Of a DNA stretch of 64,000 nucleotides, positions 40,444-51,045 are shown in pieces. Position numbers and translations under genes: made by a program. The stretch is from Promethearchaeota archaeon (GTDB lineage Archaea; Asgardarchaeota; Heimdallarchaeia; Hodarchaeales; Hodarchaeaceae). Each line of letters starts with the position of its first letter. The first letter of the stretch is position 1. Below the pieces are notes generated by a model, which was given only the letters and a program-made list of their open reading frames with translations, made no database searches and was not told the DNA's origin. The stretch is from the NCBI GenBank assembly GCA_048938105.1, contig JBHLMN010000023.1, positions 1 through 64,000 on the forward strand, given 5' to 3'.

Positions 40444-41040
40444 GTGTCTAACGATTCAGAAAGAGATGACCTCTTTGCAGAGGTACAAAATGTAGTTGCT
40501 TCAGTTGATTTACGATGTAAGATCAAATTAGAAAAAGCAGCTAGCCGTTTACCTGGTGATGTTCAGGTGTCCTATATCCCCGAACAATTTCCAGGTGTTG
40601 TTGTAAAGATCAAGAAACCAAAGGTTTCGATATTAGTTTTTTCCTCAGGTAAATTGGTTGTCACAGGAGCAAAATCAGTCCCTATGATTGAAGAAGCGGT
40701 TGAAGTAATTTCAGAATTGTTAAGACAAGCTGGCCATAATGTTAAACACGAGGCTACCATCACTGTACAGAATATTGTTGCATCGGGAACCTTGGGAAAA
40801 CGAATCAATTTAGAACTCGCTGCTTTATTATTAGAACATTCTATGTATGAACCCGAGCAATTTCCTGGCCTGATCTATCGAATGCAGGATCCTAAGGTTG
40901 TACTTCTTCTTTTTCAATCTGGAAAACTAGTTTGTACTGGCGCAAAAAAGGAAGAGTACGTATATCAGTCAATTCAGAAGATCTATGGGATTCTCGAAGA
41001 GATTGACGCGTTTGAGGTCAGTGGGATGCAGTTTTCGTGA
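40444..41040 (+). CDS. tbp: TATA-box binding protein
   Basis: Two NVVAS/NIVAS...PEQFPG...F.SGKLV.TGAK repeats. Confidence 0.97.
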   Translation: MSNDSERDDLFAEVQNVVASVDLRCKIKLEKAASRLPGDVQVSYIPEQFPGVVVKIKKPKVSILVFSSGKLVVTGAKSVPMIEEAVEVISELLRQAGHNVKHEATITVQNIVASGTLGKRINLELAALLLEHSMYEPEQFPGLIYRMQDPKVVLLLFQSGKLVCTGAKKEEYVYQSIQKIYGILEEIDAFEVSGMQFS

Positions 41041-42556
41041 TAGAATCTTTTTGAATAAAGTCAAAACTTTCCTTCAAGGCGATAGGTATCTGACGAAGGA
41101 GATTAGAAAGATTAAAATCTCTTTCCGCAAGTTCTCCTGCTCTTCCATTAATATATGCACCAATGCAAGCAGCATGAAAAGGCATTTCTACTTGCGTAAT
41201 AAATCCAGCAATCAAACCTGCTAATATATCTCCCGTTCCTCCTCGTGTCATCCGAGGTGTACCACTTTTATTTATCTTCATATAGCCTGAACTATCAGTA
41301 ACAATATCCCAGTGCCCTTTTATTACCCACACGTTGGAATATTGAGCTGAGACATCTTGTACCAACTGATATCGTTTAATGAACTCATGGGGACTACCAG
41401 GAAGTGATATATCTGTTAATACAGAAAATTCTCCAGCATGAGGCGTCAAGATAGTTTTTGAAGTAACATCCACTATGTCTAGAAGTTTGAGGGCATCTGC
41501 ATCAATAACAATATGTTTATCAAATTTTTTTACTAAATTTAAAACTTTTGAAACAGCTTTTTGTGTATCAGAGTGCTGTCCTAGTCCTGGCCCAAGAACA
41601 ATGACGTCACTTTGCTTAATTAAGTCTATTGAAAGTACTTCTTCAGTTAAATGAGTAGAAGCATAATCATACACAATAAACTCAGGTGAATAAGATCGAA
41701 TAGCTGAACTGACTTTCTGAGGTGTTAAAATTGATACTAAATCGACCCCTGATTGAACAGCACCCATAGCAGCAAGCGCAGGAGCACCAGAATACGTCTC
41801 ATTTCCTCCAATGATTAATATTCTTCCATTATCTCCTTTTTTTGACCACGAAGAACGGGATCTAAGGGCTAACAAGTCACCTGGGCCAATAATTCTTTCA
41901 GCTTCGGGAGGTACCCCGATAGGGATGATTCTTATCTTCCCAGCATTTTTTGATGAGAGTCCTTGCTTTTGTTTGTGAAATATTCCAGTCCATTGTGGTG
42001 ATAAAAACACATTAGCCTTTTCCCCTGTGTTAGGGTCAATCCCTGTAGGTGTATCCGCGCTTATAATAATAGCTCCCTTTTCCTGCCATTTAGTAATTGA
42101 CTGTACTAGTGTTGCAAGTGGCTCCCGCAAACTACCTCTTATCCCAGTCCCAAGTATTGAATCCACGATGAGTGTTGTTGATTTAATTTCAATTTTCTCA
42201 ATGTCTTCTACTTGTTTTAACTCAAGAAGTTTGATAGATTCCGACATATTCTGTAGAATTTTCCAATTTTGAAATGTTGATCGCTTTGTAATATCTTTTT
42301 GGATCCCTACTAAATATAATCGAATTGGTACATTTCGGGAAAGATGTCGTGCTGCAACCATTCCATCGCCGCCATTTCCGCCTTTTCCAGCGAATATTAC
42401 AATGTCAGATCTATTAGTTGTGTTATATACCTCCCAAATTAATTCCCCTAGCCCTCTTCCTGCGTTCTCCATCAAAATAATCCGATTTACTCCAAGATAT
42501 TCGGAGTTTACATCTGCAATACTCATTTCGAGCGTGGAAATCATCTCTGAATTCAC
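41018..42556 (-). CDS. nnr: Bifunctional NAD(P)HX epimerase/dehydratase
   Basis: LMENAG, GKGGNGGDG, KGDNG, DADAL, TPHAGEF, GGTGDILAG. Confidence 0.93.
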   Translation of the reverse strand: MNSEMISTLEMSIADVNSEYLGVNRIILMENAGRGLGELIWEVYNTTNRSDIVIFAGKGGNGGDGMVAARHLSRNVPIRLYLVGIQKDITKRSTFQNWKILQNMSESIKLLELKQVEDIEKIEIKSTTLIVDSILGTGIRGSLREPLATLVQSITKWQEKGAIIISADTPTGIDPNTGEKANVFLSPQWTGIFHKQKQGLSSKNAGKIRIIPIGVPPEAERIIGPGDLLALRSRSSWSKKGDNGRILIIGGNETYSGAPALAAMGAVQSGVDLVSILTPQKVSSAIRSYSPEFIVYDYASTHLTEEVLSIDLIKQSDVIVLGPGLGQHSDTQKAVSKVLNLVKKFDKHIVIDADALKLLDIVDVTSKTILTPHAGEFSVLTDISLPGSPHEFIKRYQLVQDVSAQYSNVWVIKGHWDIVTDSSGYMKINKSGTPRMTRGGTGDILAGLIAGFITQVEMPFHAACIGAYINGRAGELAERDFNLSNLLRQIPIALKESFDFIQKDSITKTASH

Positions 42557-42621
42557 TTTAAATCACCAGAGAGAATAAAATGAAGGATAATAAAGATCGA
42601 TTAGACTGTTACTAATTCTTT

Positions 42622-44157
42622 ATGAAAAATTTTGCTACCAATAAATTTTCAAAGTCCTCAAAACAGTACAAAGCATCAAAGGATAGATGTGATTTGGACT
42701 ATCTATTTCTATTCATCCTAATCGTTAACATCATTTCAGGAATTCTTCTTCTTCCTTATCCAATCAATCTCTTTCTACTTGCGATTTCTTCACGTAAATG
42801 GAAAGATCCTCGAGTTCAAGAGTATTATAAGGAATTTGAGTATCCTAGTGTCACAATTCAACTACCTATATTCAATGAGTCTAGGGTCATTCAACATACT
42901 CTTTCTACTATTACCAAGCTAGTATATCCTCGGGAGAAATTACACATCCAGATTCTTGATGATTCTACTGACCAAACATCAGTAATTATAGAAAAAGAGG
43001 TTTTATCTCTTGAAAAGGAAGGAATTATCTGCGAAATAATTCGTAGGAATAATAGAGAAGGGTATAAAGCTGGAGCACTAGCAAATGGACTAAAACATGG
43101 AGTATCCGAGTTTGTGGCAATATTTGATGCTGATTTTATCGTTAATCCTCATTTTTTGGAACGATGTGTTCACTATTTCAAAAATAATGATCAAATTGGC
43201 GCAGTTCAAACCAGATGGGCTCATTCCAATCTTCATTATTCATTTTTTACTCGTTCTATGTCAATTGGGCTCGATGGACATTTTCTTGTGGAAAAGACTG
43301 GAAGAAAGAAGAGAAATGCCTTCATTACTTTTAATGGTACAGGTGGAATATGGCGACGCTCAGCAATAGAAGAAAGTGGAGGGTGGTCTTCAACAACACT
43401 TGCAGAAGATTTGGACTTAGCTTATCGTACTCAGGCGAATGGGTATGAAATTGTTTATTTGAGGGATGTGACAAACTTACAAGAAATTCCTCCTACTCTA
43501 AGATGTTGGATTATCCAACAAAGTAGATGGTCAAAAGGATTTTCTCAAAACTTTAGGAAAAATTTTGTTCTATTTTGGAGGAATTCATACGGAAAATCAC
43601 GTATTCAAGGTACAATTCATTTCACTCAATATTTCGTACCAGTATTGATCTTAATTAATACTAGTACAGGTTCACTATTACTGTATTTTTCGCAGTTCGA
43701 AGGTGGTATGTTTTTTATTTTTGGTATATTGTTTTCTATTGCATCCATATTAGGAATACTTGCATATATATTTGCTATTTTGCGAGCAAAAAGACCTATA
43801 GCAAATATTATATTGATTCCACTATTCTTGTTTTGGGGAGCTGGGTTAGTAGTTAGGATGGGATTAGGTGCCCTTAATGGACTATGGAGAAAGGGAGGAG
43901 AATTTATTAAAACACCCAAGTTCGGTTTATCAGATAATTACAAAAGTAAGAGCGTTAATATTCGTGAAAAAATTCCCTTAGATAAAATATTTATTGCTGA
44001 GATAATATACATAGGGATTTTAAGCCTGGGAATAATAAAAGCCCTTGAATTAGGAGTCTCATACCTATCACAAGCGGTATTTTATATTTTTCTTCTTCTC
44101 AGTATGATTAATTTAGTCATATCTGAACTCTTACACGCAATAAGCACTCAAAAATAG
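42622..44157 (+). CDS. Processive GT2 glycosyltransferase (cellulose-synthase-like)
   Basis: QLPIFNE, LDDSTD, KAGAL, FDADF, TLAED, QQSRW; flanking TMs. Confidence 0.9.
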   Translation: MKNFATNKFSKSSKQYKASKDRCDLDYLFLFILIVNIISGILLLPYPINLFLLAISSRKWKDPRVQEYYKEFEYPSVTIQLPIFNESRVIQHTLSTITKLVYPREKLHIQILDDSTDQTSVIIEKEVLSLEKEGIICEIIRRNNREGYKAGALANGLKHGVSEFVAIFDADFIVNPHFLERCVHYFKNNDQIGAVQTRWAHSNLHYSFFTRSMSIGLDGHFLVEKTGRKKRNAFITFNGTGGIWRRSAIEESGGWSSTTLAEDLDLAYRTQANGYEIVYLRDVTNLQEIPPTLRCWIIQQSRWSKGFSQNFRKNFVLFWRNSYGKSRIQGTIHFTQYFVPVLILINTSTGSLLLYFSQFEGGMFFIFGILFSIASILGILAYIFAILRAKRPIANIILIPLFLFWGAGLVVRMGLGALNGLWRKGGEFIKTPKFGLSDNYKSKSVNIREKIPLDKIFIAEIIYIGILSLGIIKALELGVSYLSQAVFYIFLLLSMINLVISELLHAISTQK

Positions 44158-44159
44158 TA

Positions 44160-44567
44160 TTAACGTAGTTTTACACATCCATGTTTCTCTGGTAATCTGT
44201 GTTCTGTGCAAAAATATCCGTCACAATAACTACAAGTGAATCCCATTAGTTCCCTTTTTCCACAATATTCACAAGATCCTCTCGTTATAGTTTTTTTTAC
44301 TTTTTTAGGAGGAGGGATGATAGTAGGCCTGAAAGATGGAGAAGTGTAATATTGATTATAGGGGTAATGTCTGATTGGTCCCTTCATAGGTTGAAGAATA
44401 AAGATATAGATGATTATTAAAGAAAATGCAACTGTTGTTCCACCTAAGAAGAGTGTATATGACATCAAATTCGATGAAAAAAATAGTGTCTCTAAAACAA
44501 TTAGAATAACAGAAATTAATCCTAATATCAGAGCTATTTGCTCTTGTTGTGTAAGCTTATACAACAA
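44160..44567 (-). CDS. Membrane-anchored AN1-type zinc-finger protein
   Basis: Two N-terminal TMs; CEYC...FTCSYCDGYFCTEHRLPEKHGC. Confidence 0.85.
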   Translation of the reverse strand: MLYKLTQQEQIALILGLISVILIVLETLFFSSNLMSYTLFLGGTTVAFSLIIIYIFILQPMKGPIRHYPYNQYYTSPSFRPTIIPPPKKVKKTITRGSCEYCGKRELMGFTCSYCDGYFCTEHRLPEKHGCVKLR

Positions 44568-45159
44568 TTATCCCTCCTAGGATTCCTAATGGGTGAAATA
44601 GCCATAATACTAAAACTAAGGAAAAAATTAAGGCAAAAATTGCCTGACTCCATCTGAGAACCTTTGCACCATCCAGTACAGAGAATGGTAACATATTAAA
44701 CAAAGCTAGATCAAGAGAGGCCTTACTTGCATATAAAAGAACGTCTATAGCCCAATCTAGCGGCATAAAAGATGAAAAAAGTAAAAAAAGACCTCCAATG
44801 AGAATGTTTGTCAGGGGTCCTGCTATTGAAATACGACCTGATGTATCTAACCGATATTCACCAGAAGAAAAAACAACTCCTGGGGCAATGATCTTTATTG
44901 GTATTATCGGTATTATCGAAAGTAAAGAAATTAGAGCCATATTTGGGTCAAGCCGAAAGAACGAGGTTAATCCATTACCTTGAGCTACGAATTTGTGTGC
45001 TAATTCATGAAAAAACCAAAGAGGGATGATGAGTATGCCTAGAATTAATAGTTCTAAAGGTGTTTTGAAATAATATATTGCAATAGATAATTCGACTAGA
45101 ACAAATATCGTTGTTCCAATTAATAAATCTCGTTTTTCGGTTGATGTGAATGAATACAT
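44557..45159 (-). CDS. Site-2 protease (M50 family) intramembrane metalloprotease
   Basis: HELAH, AGPLTN, FNMLPFSVLDG. Confidence 0.9.
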   Translation of the reverse strand: MYSFTSTEKRDLLIGTTIFVLVELSIAIYYFKTPLELLILGILIIPLWFFHELAHKFVAQGNGLTSFFRLDPNMALISLLSIIPIIPIKIIAPGVVFSSGEYRLDTSGRISIAGPLTNILIGGLFLLFSSFMPLDWAIDVLLYASKASLDLALFNMLPFSVLDGAKVLRWSQAIFALIFSLVLVLWLFHPLGILGGIIVV

Positions 45160-45180
45160 TCTAATTAGCTACCTCTCTCC

Positions 45181-45375
45181 TCACTTCTCACTAATTTGGT
45201 TGACTAATTTTTCCCAAGTACCGATTTCCTGTTTCAGGAGTTCTTCAATAGCGATTCTTAGAAAATGAGACCGAGACTCATACTGTTCGAGTCGCACAAA
45301 ATTATCGATTAATATCAATATTTGGTCTGGAATTTTGATACTTATGGGTTTCTGACGTGTCATTGATGTTTTCAC
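45181..45375 (-). CDS. Ribbon-helix-helix (CopG/NikR-like) regulator
   Basis: ISIKIPD...ID.FV...YESRSHFLRIAI. Confidence 0.8.
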   Translation of the reverse strand: MKTSMTRQKPISIKIPDQILILIDNFVRLEQYESRSHFLRIAIEELLKQEIGTWEKLVNQISEK

Positions 45376-45653
45376 CCATTTTTTTTAGTTTAAAACCAGT
45401 TTCATTATTTCTTGAACTAATTCTATATTTTTTTAAATGGTTTCTCTGAGCTATCAACTTCTTTTATTTCCTTAGAAATGGCGAATTTGCATGTCTAGTA
45501 TTTTCTAAAGGAGATAAAAGGAAGTGATACAAAAAAGTAACCGTTCTTACTTCCTTTCTTAATAAAAACACGAAAGAATCAATCAGTTATTAAAAAAGAA
45601 ACAGTTTTATGTTTTGATCAGCTTGCTTAATTCTTAGAATCAGGTGTTCTAAA

Positions 45654-46928
45654 TTGAAATGTGTTTTATTAGTGGCAACTGGTATTCTCATTGGGGAAAA
45701 AATCGATAGCACTTCTAAAATTATTGATTCTATATGGTTTGATGAGGAAACTGCCATAACTAATGGAGAATTAAAGGATTTCATCGAACAAAAGGGAGAT
45801 GAAATCGTTGAACTTCTTGATCAAACCCAAGAAGAAATTATTTCCGATAACTCGCAGATTGTAGACTTTTTACGGCAGAGAGGTTTTGAGAATGCCAGAT
45901 TCGCTATTTCAGGGGAATTAATCTCTTTTCGTGCTTTAATATCTGATTTTATTAGTAATAGTAGGAAGATGGAGACTTCTATAGCGATATCTCAACTTAT
46001 TCGAGAAAGAGCAATGCAACGAACACGCATGCTTTTGAGGGAGAAAGTAGAAGCGCGAGATGTTTATATTGCGCAAGCGATCAAGAGTATTGATGATGTG
46101 AATTCCATTCTAAACTTGATTTATGCCCGATTATCCGAATGGTATGGAATCCATTTTCCTGAATTACAGGAGTTAGTTCGAGACAATCCTCAATATATTA
46201 AACTAATTTCTAGAACAGGTGGTGCTATTCGCTCCAATCTAGATGATGATTTGTTATCTCACCTGTCTGATAAACGACGTGAACTCATTTTGCAGGCAGC
46301 AAACCAATCCCTTGGTACTGATATCTCACCATATGATATGAATCCTATCTCCCAGTTGGCACGTTTTGGGGTTGAGATTCTTAAAATAAAAGATAATTTA
46401 GAGACATATATAGAGGAAAGTATGAAAGAAGTTGCCCCAAATATTCAATGTCTTGTAGGAAGCCTTCTTGGAGCACGATTAATAGCTCTTGCTGGGAGCC
46501 TCGAAGACTTAGCTAAACGTTCCTCTGGGACAATTCAGGTTTTAGGGGCGGAAAAAGCATTATTTCGACACCTTCGATCAGGAGAGGATCCACCAAAACA
46601 TGGAGTTATTTTTCAGTCTTCTTACATTCATTCATCTAAAAAACATCAACGAGGGAAGATTGCACGAGCACTAGCTGGTAAATTAACCATTGCTGCTAGA
46701 GTCGATTATTTTAGTGGAGAATTTATTGGAGCTACTCTCTTAGCAGATTTGGAAAAAAAAGTTGAAGATATTAAATCTTCATTCCCAGAGCTATCAGAAC
46801 AGCAGTTAGAACAAAAACGTCTTCAAAAAGAGAGAAAGCGTAAAAAAACATTTAAGAAAGGAAAAAAAGATTTTAAAGGCCGAAGGAAGCCCAAAAGTCA
46901 AAGAAAGATAGAAAAGAGAAAAGAATAA
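45654..46928 (+). CDS. nop5: C/D box sRNP protein Nop5 (Nop56/58)
   Basis: EWYGIHFPEL, IQVLGAEKALFRHL, PKHG, Lys-rich tail. Confidence 0.95.
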   Translation: MKCVLLVATGILIGEKIDSTSKIIDSIWFDEETAITNGELKDFIEQKGDEIVELLDQTQEEIISDNSQIVDFLRQRGFENARFAISGELISFRALISDFISNSRKMETSIAISQLIRERAMQRTRMLLREKVEARDVYIAQAIKSIDDVNSILNLIYARLSEWYGIHFPELQELVRDNPQYIKLISRTGGAIRSNLDDDLLSHLSDKRRELILQAANQSLGTDISPYDMNPISQLARFGVEILKIKDNLETYIEESMKEVAPNIQCLVGSLLGARLIALAGSLEDLAKRSSGTIQVLGAEKALFRHLRSGEDPPKHGVIFQSSYIHSSKKHQRGKIARALAGKLTIAARVDYFSGEFIGATLLADLEKKVEDIKSSFPELSEQQLEQKRLQKERKRKKTFKKGKKDFKGRRKPKSQRKIEKRKE

Positions 46929-46935
46929 GCAATTA

Positions 46936-47631
46936 GTGAGAGAGAAAGGAATGGAACTCGCAAAAACCAGCATAAAAGGGATGTTTCAAGTAAAAATTAA
47001 TGGAAAATCCCGATTAGTAACACGTAACAAAATACCAGGTAATTCTGTTTATGGTGAACAATTACTCTCTATCAATGATAAAGAGTATCGTGTTTGGGAT
47101 CCCTATCGGTCAAAATTTGCAGCTGCCTTTTTATCAGGGATGAAGAAACTCCCACAGATCTACGAAAAAAGGATCTTATATCTAGGAGTATCAACTGGAA
47201 CAACTGCTTCTCATTTTTCCGACATCTTGGATAATGGGATATTATTTGGAATTGAATTTTCACCCAAGGTAATGAGAAGATTCTTTCGTTTATCGGAACA
47301 AAGACCCAATCTAATTCCGATCCTTGCTGATGCTAGACGGCCAGAAGAATACTCTCCATTTGTTTATGAAGTAGACTTGATCTATCAGGATATAGCGCAG
47401 CCAGATCAAGCAACAATATTTGGTCGTAATGCTCTAGAATTTTTAAAATCTGGAGGACTAGGTTTCTTAGCGATCAAGTCTCAAAGTATTGATGTCGTTC
47501 TCAAGCCTGATGAAATATTTTCCATGCAGATAACTAAATTAGAACAAGAATTTAAATTTGAAATTCAAGAATATCAATCTATCGATGATTTTGAGAAAAA
47601 ACATGCTGTAATAATTATTAGAAAGCCGTAA
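46936..47631 (+). CDS. flpA: Fibrillarin-like rRNA/tRNA 2'-O-methyltransferase
   Basis: YRVWDPYRSK, LYLGVSTGTTASH, DIAQPDQ. Confidence 0.95.
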   Translation: MREKGMELAKTSIKGMFQVKINGKSRLVTRNKIPGNSVYGEQLLSINDKEYRVWDPYRSKFAAAFLSGMKKLPQIYEKRILYLGVSTGTTASHFSDILDNGILFGIEFSPKVMRRFFRLSEQRPNLIPILADARRPEEYSPFVYEVDLIYQDIAQPDQATIFGRNALEFLKSGGLGFLAIKSQSIDVVLKPDEIFSMQITKLEQEFKFEIQEYQSIDDFEKKHAVIIIRKP

Positions 47632-47741
47632 GTAGAGTCTTAAGTAACAGTTTCTTAACTTTGATCGAAATTAAACCTCTACACAGAACTAATGGTGAAA
47701 TTTGGATTATAAAGGAGAAAAGGAGCCCATTTAGGTATAAT

Positions 47742-48089
47742 TCACCCATAATCCCTCCAAGTGTGTCCACATCGCTTACAACGATAAAATGTTGTTTCAG
47801 CCTCATCAGCGCTTCGTGTTTGTAATTGCCAATAAACAGCTTCGTTGTTACTGCATTTTTCACAATTAACATTCGCTGTTGGCATTGTTTCAATGCCAAG
47901 GGGTTTTTCAATAATAACAGTTTTCTCTTGTTCAGAATGTGGTATCTTTTGTGTTATTTCAAAAGCTTTTGAATTTGAATCAGAACTGATAGTTTTCCCA
48001 CATGCTGGACATCTCATCTGAATATTTCCATCAGATTGTCGGTCAGGAACTAGAAGTGCACCACATTCACAAAACTGCATGGTCATCAT
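47742..48089 (-). CDS. tfs: Transcription factor S (TFS/RpoM)
   Basis: Two zinc ribbons, QTRSADE. Confidence 0.93.
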   Translation of the reverse strand: MMTMQFCECGALLVPDRQSDGNIQMRCPACGKTISSDSNSKAFEITQKIPHSEQEKTVIIEKPLGIETMPTANVNCEKCSNNEAVYWQLQTRSADEAETTFYRCKRCGHTWRDYG

Positions 48090-48384
48090 CAGAATTACGC
48101 CGAGAGAACATATTAAGCTAAATTAAGGTGCTTTTTTAAAGTAGTTGGATCATTAACTAAGTCTTTTAGACAAAATCATCCGTTGAAGTTCTAAGAGTTA
48201 TCGGATTACTTAAAAAATGCCGGGATATAGTTCATAATGAAGGTATTTATCAATTTTAATCGAAAGATGACCTTATCTTCAAAAAAAAAGCCAAATCAAG
48301 TCAGCAATGAGTGAATATCATTAGGATTAACATTGACATATCTTACACATTTTCCATGAAATAATACTAGACAGAGGATATGGT

Positions 48385-48693
48385 ATGAGAAGGAAGTCTT
48401 CAATACCTTATGAAGAAACCACTGTACTGTCTCTCTTAAGTCTAACCGCTGATATAAAGTTTCAGTTAATTGCTAAGGTTAAGAGTGTTGATCAAAAAAA
48501 GATTATAGTTACTGATGATCATGAAGACTTGGAAATACCTCTTGAGGAAGAAGAAATGATAGATTTCAAAGCTGGGGATACAATCACCATATTTGGAGAG
48601 AAATTAGATTCTAAGATCAAGAGAGAACACATCATTAAATTGAATTTAAATTGGGATCTCTATCAGCAAACTAGAGAAATAGAGTTAAAATAA
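48385..48693 (+). CDS. Small OB-fold protein, RPA14/RPA3-like
   Basis: IAKVKSVD...IIVTD...FKAGDTITIFG OB pattern. Confidence 0.55.
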   Translation: MRRKSSIPYEETTVLSLLSLTADIKFQLIAKVKSVDQKKIIVTDDHEDLEIPLEEEEMIDFKAGDTITIFGEKLDSKIKREHIIKLNLNWDLYQQTREIELK

Positions 48694-49013
48694 TTGATAT
48701 TACTCAATAAATCTTTTTTGAAAAATTCCTAAAGAATTTAACTGCTTCGCTGTTTCAATTCAATAGATATTAGTTATATGATTTCTTGATTAGAATGGAT
48801 TTTATACTATTTCTAGTGGGTTTGTTTCTAAAAGGAGAGTATCTCTGCTTTTTCTGGTAAAAGATTTAAACCTAGTAAGGGGGTTCTAAATTGATTGTGT
48901 TTTGCCTAATCCCTGAACCTTAGGCAAGTAGAAAAGAATATTTTCTCAGTATTGTTACAATTTTCCTAAGTTGGGCTTGCAGCAATCATCCTAATTTATT
49001 GGAGGTATTTGAG

Positions 49014-49463
49014 TTGTCTATGATTGGAGCTGCTAAAAGAGCATATCAAAAAGAGATTATCTCATTTGTTAACAAGAGAGTAGCAGTCATTTTAAAAAAC
49101 CAAAAGAAGTATGTGGGTGAATTGAAAGGAGTTAACCCTGAAACTCTTACATGTGTTCTAATAAAAGCAAAACGGGAAGATGAGACAACTGAACTTCATC
49201 GTATCTGTTTGAATGGTGATCAAATATCAGAAATATATTTAGAGGAAGCCCCCTTCGACCTCTTGGGATTGAAGGACGAATTAGAACAGATTTTTCGTCG
49301 TCCTGGAGATGTGAAGGTTTATGATGAAGCAGGATTAATAGTTGTACTTGAAAGAGTTCGAGTTTCAGAGAGTGGTGTGGAAGGAACAGGACCCGTAGCT
49401 GATCGTGTTCGTGCTATTTTCGATCGTTATGCTTTGACTCAGAGTGCAGAGGCAGAGGATTAA
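49014..49463 (+). CDS. Augmented Sm-like protein (SmAP3, Lsm plus C-terminal domain)
   Basis: Sm1/Sm2 motifs plus VKVYDEAGLIVVLERVRVSESGVEGTGP..DRV; GGAGGT SD. Confidence 0.85.
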   Translation: MSMIGAAKRAYQKEIISFVNKRVAVILKNQKKYVGELKGVNPETLTCVLIKAKREDETTELHRICLNGDQISEIYLEEAPFDLLGLKDELEQIFRRPGDVKVYDEAGLIVVLERVRVSESGVEGTGPVADRVRAIFDRYALTQSAEAED

Positions 49464-49473
49464 GGGATTATTT

Positions 49474-49836
49474 ATGATTATTCAAGCTGAAAGGATGCGA
49501 ACTGAACATGATTCAGATAATGATCTGTTCTTAATTGATTTCCGTGATGAAGATAAAGGATTGCGAGGAAAAATCGAAATCCCTTCTCGAATTGTTGATA
49601 TGGAAGAGGAAAAATCTTTTGAAGTCGAAATTATTCCTCTCGATTCTATAAAAGATCCTTTAGATTATACAGATGCAAAAATAGTTTTTAATGCTGTAAA
49701 TTTTCGAACGAAACCCCTGGGTACCGAGAGAATATACTCATTCTCTTCTGGTGGTCTAATACTACGATTATTTTCTGGAAAACCTTTACCAGAGTTTAAA
49801 ACTGTCCTTAGAAAATTTGTAATAATCGTAAGATAG
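49474..49836 (+). CDS. rpo8: RNA polymerase subunit Rpo8 (RpoG/Rpb8-like)
   Basis: YSFSSGGLILRL resembles the Rpb8 SxGGLL motif; adjacent to SmAP3 as in TACK archaea. Confidence 0.65.
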   Translation: MIIQAERMRTEHDSDNDLFLIDFRDEDKGLRGKIEIPSRIVDMEEEKSFEVEIIPLDSIKDPLDYTDAKIVFNAVNFRTKPLGTERIYSFSSGGLILRLFSGKPLPEFKTVLRKFVIIVR

Positions 49837-49919
49837 GATATGATGATTATTCAGAGTAACTCTCTATAGCCAAACCGAAATAAAAATAATAAATAATATA
49901 ATAAAAAGCATCATCCAAA

Positions 49920-50004
49920 GCGGGGGTTTCCCAGCCAGGTCAAAGGAGCTAGGTTGAGGTCCTAGTCGCATAGGCGTTCGTGAGTTCAAATCTCACCCCC
50001 CGCA
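49920..50004 (+). tRNA. tRNA-Leu(GAG), intronless, CCA not encoded
   Basis: CTAGG-TTGAGGT-CCTAG anticodon arm, long variable arm, T-loop GTTCAAAT, followed by a T-tract. Confidence 0.93.
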
Positions 50005-50222
50005 CTTTTTATTTACGAAATTTTACATTGTTGTGATCAGAGAAATAAGAATTACTCTAAAACTGGTTAAATCTTTTTTAAGATCAGTATTTGTTGAATT
50101 AGGAATTTAAATCATCTCAACAACGTAATTTATCATGCTAGAAACTGCGGAATATTGAATCAATAATCATTTTAATTCTAATATCGTACTTATTCAAATG
50201 ACTTCTGGGCTGGCCGATAAAA

Positions 50223-51002
50223 GTGATATTTGATTCAATACTTTACCGTCTTTACGAGAGAAGATTGTGGGCTCAAATCAAAGATGGTATAAATAAAGGA
50301 GTCCATCCTCGCCATGTTGCATTAATCATGGATGGCAATCGCCGTTATGCTCGTGCGAATAATTTACCAAGTAGTTTAGGACACCATTTGGGCCGTGAAA
50401 AACTTAAAGAAATTTTAGGCTGGTTTTATGATTTACAGATTGATTATGTCACTTTATACGCTTTTTCAACCGAAAATTTTGAACGGGACGAAGAGGAAGT
50501 CAAAGAATTGATGCAACTCTTTGAAAAAAGTTTCCGTGAAATCGTGAATCATCCTGAAATTAAAAAACGTAATATTAAAATTAAAGTTATTGGCCGAACT
50601 CATCTTCTTCCTCCAGAAGTGCAAAATGCAATACGAGACGCGGAAAAGAGTACACATACAGATGAAGAAGGACCAACTTTGATCATCGCTGTTGGTTATG
50701 GAGGTCGAGCAGAGATGATCGATGCTATCAAGTCAATTGCAAGAAAAATCGAAAATGGCGAGATGACTGTTAATGATATTAATGAAGTTGTAGTGGAACG
50801 ACATCTCTACACCAATGGAATTCCCGATCCTGATCTCATCATTCGAACCTCAGGAGAGGAGCGACTCTCTGGTTTTCTAACTTGGCAATCAGCTTATAGT
50901 GAGCTATATTTTGCTGATGTTTACTTCCCTGGATTTCGTAAAATTGATCTATGGCGAGCTGTCCGTACATATCAATCCAGAAAACGACGGTTTGGGAAGT
51001 AA
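50223..51002 (+). CDS. uppS: cis-prenyltransferase (polyprenyl diphosphate synthase)
   Basis: HVALIMDGNRR, YAFSTENF, DLIIRTSGEERLSGFL. Confidence 0.95.
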   Translation: MIFDSILYRLYERRLWAQIKDGINKGVHPRHVALIMDGNRRYARANNLPSSLGHHLGREKLKEILGWFYDLQIDYVTLYAFSTENFERDEEEVKELMQLFEKSFREIVNHPEIKKRNIKIKVIGRTHLLPPEVQNAIRDAEKSTHTDEEGPTLIIAVGYGGRAEMIDAIKSIARKIENGEMTVNDINEVVVERHLYTNGIPDPDLIIRTSGEERLSGFLTWQSAYSELYFADVYFPGFRKIDLWRAVRTYQSRKRRFGK

Positions 51003-51045
51003 TTCCTCTATATAAAAATGGTAACGGATTTAATTTTGCAAATCT

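Noticed and set aside
31428-50004. The two similar tRNA-Leu 3' halves as att sites of an integrated element
   Set aside because: Both are complete tRNAs in opposite orientation flanking housekeeping genes, with no integrase.
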